A DNA stretch of 32,000 nt, taken from assembly GCF_002075285.3 (NCBI RefSeq), contig NZ_CP021983.2:510001-542000 (forward strand), given 5' to 3'. The notes under the pieces were generated by a model, which worked only from the letters and a program-made list of their open reading frames with translations, was not told where the DNA came from and searched no databases. This document shows, piece by piece, positions 27,365 through 32,000 of the stretch. Each line of letters begins with the position of its first letter. Position 1 is the first letter of the stretch. The DNA is from Halomicronema hongdechloris C2206. Its GTDB lineage: Bacteria; Cyanobacteriota; Cyanobacteriia; Phormidesmidales; Phormidesmidaceae. Position numbers and translations under genes: made by a program.

Positions 27365-29422
27365 TTACGTTTCTGATTGAGCGAGACACTGTTGCATGAG
27401 CATGACCAATTGTTTAAGTCTAATGGGTTTAGCCAGATGGTTATTGGCACCGGCTTCTAAACATCGATCGCAATCGCCTGGCCCCGTTAGGGAGGTCAGG
27501 GCAATGATCGGGATTCCGGCCAGGTCGGGATCTTGCCGGATCCGGCGCATGGCCGCTAGACCATCCATGATCGGCATTTGAATGTCCATCAAAATCAAAT
27601 CTGGGGTTTCCGCTTGGGCCAGGGCGATCGCCTCCTGACCATTGTGGGCCACCAGCACCTGGCACCCCTGGGCCTTTAAATAGCTCGAAATCGTACTGAC
27701 ATTGGCGTCGTTATCCTCGGCCAGCAAGATCAACGGGGAGACTCCTGGTCCCGGCTGATTGGCTATCAGACGAGTTTCAGGTGGGGTTTCCCGTTGCCGA
27801 TGAGCGGCTGCCCCAGGGGTACAGGGCAGGTCAACGGTGAAGCAACTGCCCACCCCCACCTCACTGCTGACCCCGACCTGACCCCCGTGTAGCTCGACGA
27901 TGTGTTTCACCAGGGCCAGCCCCAAGCCGGTCCCCTCATATTGGCGATTCAGGGCACTATCGATCTGGGCAAAGGGTTGAAAGAGCTTGTTGAGATTCTC
28001 GGGGGCAATGCCGATGCCGGTATCGATAACTGCCAGTCGCAGTGAGTTCTGCAGGCCCTGTCCGGCTGCCTGGGGGGGTGGGAAGACCTTGAGCAGAACC
28101 TGGCCTCCGGCTGGGGTGAACTTGACCGCATTGCTGAGCAGATTGATCAGGACCTGGCAGATGCGTTGCCGATCGACGAGCAGGTCAGGGAGGTCAGGCA
28201 GCAGCTGTATTTCGAGCCGAATGGCTTTCTTCAGGGCCCGGGGTCTGATCAGGGCCATACTGGATTCGCAGAGTAGCGCCACAGCCGTGGGAACACAGGT
28301 GAGCTCTAGGCGGCGTGATTCAAGGCTGGAGAAGTCGAGAATGTCGTTAATCAGGGCCAGCAGGTGAGACCCACTTCGCTCAATGGTTTGCAGGGCTTCG
28401 TTTTGCTCACTGTTGAGTTCCCCAAAGGCTCCATCCAAGAGCCCTTCGGCCATGCCCAGAACGGCGTTCAGGGGCGTGCGCAGTTCATGACTCATACTGG
28501 CCAGGAATTCACTTTTGGCCTTGTTGATGGCGATCGCCTGGGACAGGAAGTGCGCGGCCTGCTCACTCCGTTTCTGCTCGGTCATGTCCCGAACGATCGT
28601 GGAGAACCCCACGATTTGCCTCGTCGTGTCTTGCAGCGGTGAGATCGTAATCGAGACATCGAGTCGAGTCCCCGTTTTGTGCAGGCAGACGGTTTCGAAG
28701 TGATCCAGCCGTTCTCCCTGCTTGATCCGACCCATCATTTGCCAGTCTTCCTCCAGGTGATCTGGGGGCACTAGCAGGGCCAAGGGTTGTCCGAAGGCTT
28801 CGGCCTGCGTATAGCCGAATAAGCGTTCTGCCGCCACATTCCAACTGGTGATCAGGCCATCCAGCGTCTGGGTGATAATGGCATCGTCGGAGGACTCGAC
28901 CGCAGAGGCCAGGAGACGCGCAGCGGCTTCATTGCGTCTGAGCTCCAGATGACTGATAACCAGCCGACTCAGGCGCTTCAGTTGCTGAATCTGCCGATCT
29001 GTCAACGTTCTGGGTCGGCGATCGATGACACACAGGGTCCCTAAGATATAGTGATCGGGGGTTACCAGGGGAACGCCTGCATAAAACCGAATGTTCGGCT
29101 CTTTCAAGACCAGCGGGTTGTCTGCAAACCGCGCGTCCTGGGTCGTATCGGGGATAACCAGCAGGGATTGCTCTGCCGCCACGACATGACCGCAAAATGA
29201 GATGTCGCGCGGCGTTTCTGTAACATCGAGGCCTATGCAGGATTTAAACCACTGCCGCGTTTCATCAATCAGAGAGATCAGGGCGATGGGGGTTTCGCAG
29301 ATCTGAGCGGCCATCTGGGTTAAATCATCAAAGTCCTGCTCTGGCGGGGTGTCGAGAATCTGATAACGGTACAGCGCGGCCAGGCGCTCCATTTCGTTGG
29401 CTGGAATGGCAGGTCTCTGCAT
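27365..29422 (-). CDS. Hybrid sensor histidine kinase GAF-PAS-HisKA-HATPase-REC
   Basis: N-terminal GAF (ERLAALYRYQILDTPPEQDFDDLT...ALISLIDETRQWFKS), PAS/PAC, MSHELRTPLNAVLG, DTGIGI...GTGLGLALVK, REC (LILMDIQMPIMDG). Confidence 0.9.
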   Translation of the reverse strand: MQRPAIPANEMERLAALYRYQILDTPPEQDFDDLTQMAAQICETPIALISLIDETRQWFKSCIGLDVTETPRDISFCGHVVAAEQSLLVIPDTTQDARFADNPLVLKEPNIRFYAGVPLVTPDHYILGTLCVIDRRPRTLTDRQIQQLKRLSRLVISHLELRRNEAAARLLASAVESSDDAIITQTLDGLITSWNVAAERLFGYTQAEAFGQPLALLVPPDHLEEDWQMMGRIKQGERLDHFETVCLHKTGTRLDVSITISPLQDTTRQIVGFSTIVRDMTEQKRSEQAAHFLSQAIAINKAKSEFLASMSHELRTPLNAVLGMAEGLLDGAFGELNSEQNEALQTIERSGSHLLALINDILDFSSLESRRLELTCVPTAVALLCESSMALIRPRALKKAIRLEIQLLPDLPDLLVDRQRICQVLINLLSNAVKFTPAGGQVLLKVFPPPQAAGQGLQNSLRLAVIDTGIGIAPENLNKLFQPFAQIDSALNRQYEGTGLGLALVKHIVELHGGQVGVSSEVGVGSCFTVDLPCTPGAAAHRQRETPPETRLIANQPGPGVSPLILLAEDNDANVSTISSYLKAQGCQVLVAHNGQEAIALAQAETPDLILMDIQMPIMDGLAAMRRIRQDPDLAGIPIIALTSLTGPGDCDRCLEAGANNHLAKPIRLKQLVMLMQQCLAQSET

Positions 29423-29703
29423 AGGGGATGTTGGCTTTTGTTACGGAGAGTATGGCAGGTCAAGGAAAAAAGTATTGTACAGTTTCCGGTCTGCTGACTG
29501 GCTCGCCTATTGCGTTTGTCAGGTAGCTTAGGACATTGAGAATCGCTCACATGCCTAGACTAGGGAGCTACCTGACCGCAACCGTCCTAAGCATAGGTAC
29601 GGTTGCTATAGCGGGCAAAGCAGGCAGATTGGAGTTCATGCCCCTGACCTGTCCATCGAAGCGATGCGGCGGCATGGTCTGAACCGGGCAGACGCTCAGG
29701 GGC

Positions 29704-32000
29704 TCACGGGGCAAGTAAATTATGAATGGTGCTCACGAGTTGCCGCAACCTGGCCGGTTTTATGAGGTAATCACTGGCACCGGCGGCTAAACACCGCTCG
29801 CGATCGCCGGGCATGGCTAAGGCGGTCAGGGCAATGATCGGGAGCCGGGCCAGGTTGGGATCTTGTCGGATCTGGCGTGTGGCTTCTAAGCCATCCATGA
29901 CCGGCATTTGAATATCCATCAAAATCAAATCCGGGGTGTTCGCCTGGGCCAGGGCGATTGCCTCCTGTCCATTGTGGGCCACCAGAATCTGATAGCCCTT
30001 GGCCTTTAGATAACTCGAAAGGGTACTGACATTGGCGGCATTGTCTTCGGCCAGCAAAATCAAGGGTGAGACGCCTGACCGGGGATGGTAGGAGTCGCGT
30101 TTGGGTTCTGACGGGAGCACGGGTTGAGGAGCTGGGAGTGCGATCGCAACACAGGGCAGGTCTATGGAGAAGCAACTGCCCACCCCCACCTCGCTAGTGA
30201 GCGCCACTTGGCCACCGTGGAGTTCAACAATGCGTTTCACCAGGGCCAGCCCCAAGCCGGTCCCCTCATATTGACGGTTCAGGTCACTATCGATCTGGAC
30301 AAAGGGCTGAAAGAGTTTGGTCAGATTCTTGGGGGCAATGCCGATGCCAGTATCGATCACCGCCAGCCGCAAGCAGTTCTGCTGCTCTGGTCCGTCTTCC
30401 CTGGGCAGGGGAGAAACTTTGAGGGTAATGCGGCCCCCTGCCGGTGTAAATTTGACGGCATTGCTGAGCAGGTTGATCAGCGTCTGGCGGATCCGCCGTT
30501 CATCCACGAAGAGATCCGGTAGATTGGGCGGTAATTTGAGTTCAACCTGGAGGCGTTTGCTGAGGGCCTGTTGCTGGATGAAGAGCAAACTCGATTGACA
30601 GAGAGGGGCGATCGCCGTAGGGGCACGGTCTAGCTCCAGGCGACCCGATTCGATTTTGGACAGGTCGAGAATGTCGTTAATCAGGTCCAGCAAATGGGAA
30701 CCACTGCGCTCAATCGTTTGCAGGGCCTTGTGTTGTTGCGCGTTGATCTCGCCAAAGACAGCATCCTGGAGTCCTTCGGTCATACCCAGGATGGCATTGA
30801 GCGGGGTGCGGAGTTCGTGGCTCATGTTGGCCAGAAATTCATCCTTGAGGCGGGTGGCGCGGGCGAGTTCTGCGTTGGTTTGTCGCAGTTGGGCTTCGGC
30901 CTGTTTGCGCTCAGTAATATCCTCCACAATGCCTTCGACGGCAACCAAGTGGGCGGCGGCGTCTCTCACCGCATGCTGAGCAACGTGAATTGTGCGCAGA
31001 CTGCCATCCGGATGACGAAAGCACATCTCAAACTGCTGAGCGTCTTCCTGATTCTCCTGCAGACGCTGCACCGATTGCTGGGCGGCGTCCAGATCTTCGG
31101 GTAGCCACTGAAACATTTGCTGCCAGGGCTGGCCCAGGACCTCCGCTTTGCTGATGCCAAAGACTGCTGCGATGCCGGCACTCACATAGGTGAGTCTGCC
31201 CGTGGGACCTGTATGACTAAAGACGACAAACTTCTCCCCGATATCATCCACGAGCCGCTGGAACTTGTCACTGACGTGCTGCAGTTCCTGGGTCCGTTCT
31301 GCGACCTTGCTCTCCAGTGCTTGATTGAGCTGCTTCAGGGAGGCCATGGCGCGTTGACGTTCCAATTCGGCAGCCGCCCGGGCAGCAAAGACGCTCAGCA
31401 GGTTGGCGGCTCGCTCTGGATCTTGGATACGTTGCTGGCTAAGGATACACAGGTTCCCGATCGCCTGTCCCTGGTTATCCCGTAAGGCAATGCCCAGATA
31501 ACTCTCGGCCCCCATCTCAACCAGATCGGGGTCTTCGGGGAACCGCTGCTGAAGGGAGTCTGCGCAGTAAAATTGGCCGTCTTGCAAGGCCCGCTCGCAG
31601 GGAGTTTTGGCAGGCCGGTAGGCAAAGTTCGCTTGCAGCCTGCCGTGGGCCCAAAACGACAGGGTCCGCAGTTCTTCATCGACCCATTCTGTCACCAACG
31701 CATAGGAGACGTTCAGGGCGACGGCCATATGGCTGACTAAGGCCGGGAAAAAGTCTGGCCCGGTGGTGGCCGCAGTTCCCTGAATCAGCGTTTGCAGGGT
31801 GAGTTCAGCTTGCTTACGCTCGCTAATATCGGTAATCGTGCCCACGTAGCCGATCGCCTGCCCCGTGACATCCCGTTCTGCAACGACCTGTCCATAGACC
31901 CACGTCACTGTGCCGTCGGGACGTTGAAAGCGATATTCGAGCTGGAAGGGGCAATTTTCCTGAGTCGCTCGCTGCCACTCGGTGATCACTCGATCGCGAT
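29704..32000 (-). CDS. Hybrid sensor histidine kinase PAS-GAF-PAS-HisKA-HATPase-REC, 5' end beyond the window
   Basis: The frame stays open through position 32000, and the nominal GTG at 31989 lies inside a PAC motif. MSHELRTPLNAILG, DTGIGI...GTGLGLALVK, REC (LILMDIQMPVMDG). Confidence 0.9.
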   Translation of the reverse strand, partial: RDRVITEWQRATQENCPFQLEYRFQRPDGTVTWVYGQVVAERDVTGQAIGYVGTITDISERKQAELTLQTLIQGTAATTGPDFFPALVSHMAVALNVSYALVTEWVDEELRTLSFWAHGRLQANFAYRPAKTPCERALQDGQFYCADSLQQRFPEDPDLVEMGAESYLGIALRDNQGQAIGNLCILSQQRIQDPERAANLLSVFAARAAAELERQRAMASLKQLNQALESKVAERTQELQHVSDKFQRLVDDIGEKFVVFSHTGPTGRLTYVSAGIAAVFGISKAEVLGQPWQQMFQWLPEDLDAAQQSVQRLQENQEDAQQFEMCFRHPDGSLRTIHVAQHAVRDAAAHLVAVEGIVEDITERKQAEAQLRQTNAELARATRLKDEFLANMSHELRTPLNAILGMTEGLQDAVFGEINAQQHKALQTIERSGSHLLDLINDILDLSKIESGRLELDRAPTAIAPLCQSSLLFIQQQALSKRLQVELKLPPNLPDLFVDERRIRQTLINLLSNAVKFTPAGGRITLKVSPLPREDGPEQQNCLRLAVIDTGIGIAPKNLTKLFQPFVQIDSDLNRQYEGTGLGLALVKRIVELHGGQVALTSEVGVGSCFSIDLPCVAIALPAPQPVLPSEPKRDSYHPRSGVSPLILLAEDNAANVSTLSSYLKAKGYQILVAHNGQEAIALAQANTPDLILMDIQMPVMDGLEATRQIRQDPNLARLPIIALTALAMPGDRERCLAAGASDYLIKPARLRQLVSTIHNLLAP

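Noticed and set aside
29423-29703. A c-di-GMP riboswitch (GEMM-type) in the kinase spacer, suggested by GGGCAAAGCAGGC and the c-di-GMP context.
   Set aside because: The GGCAAAG-like string is on the non-transcribed (plus) strand relative to the flanking genes. I could not lay out the conserved P1/P2 tetraloop-receptor architecture on either strand.

Overview
This is a cyanobacterial chromosomal segment. Evidence: more than a dozen copies of the HIP1 palindrome GCGATCGC seen by eye, the dark-operative protochlorophyllide reductase genes chlL and chlN, and gyrA. The window has three parts. (1) 1-6.9 kb is an accessory and decaying stretch. It holds a HEPN/nucleotidyltransferase toxin-antitoxin pair with a second, degraded NTase upstream, heptamer tandem repeats, a frameshifted nuclease-like relic, a cation:proton antiporter plus TerD, a DUF2283 antitoxin next to a toxin gene with an in-frame TGA, an ACT-domain protein translationally coupled to an LDH/MDH-family dehydrogenase, and a Uma2-like relic. 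(2) 7-17 kb is housekeeping: chlL-DUF5331-chlN, an HDAC-like deacetylase, gyrA, a GT2 glycosyltransferase and a divergent flavoprotein-disulfide-reductase-like protein. (3) 17-32 kb starts with an AT-richer islet (judged by eye) encoding an orphan 2xOST-HTH/DUF3825 protein, followed by a perfect 27-bp x3 tandem repeat. It continues into a dense two-component/c-di-GMP signalling cluster: an MHYT hybrid histidine kinase cleanly split by an IS630-family element, REC-GGDEF, REC-GGDEF-EAL, and two tandem paralogous hybrid kinases. I see no rRNA, tRNA or CRISPR array, and I cannot point to a clearly novel multi-gene system. The best candidates for follow-up are the orphan OST-HTH/DUF3825 islet, the IS-split MHYT phosphorelay/c-di-GMP cluster, the ACT+LDH-like pair and the decaying TA modules. 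All family assignments are from motif recognition by eye, not from searches.
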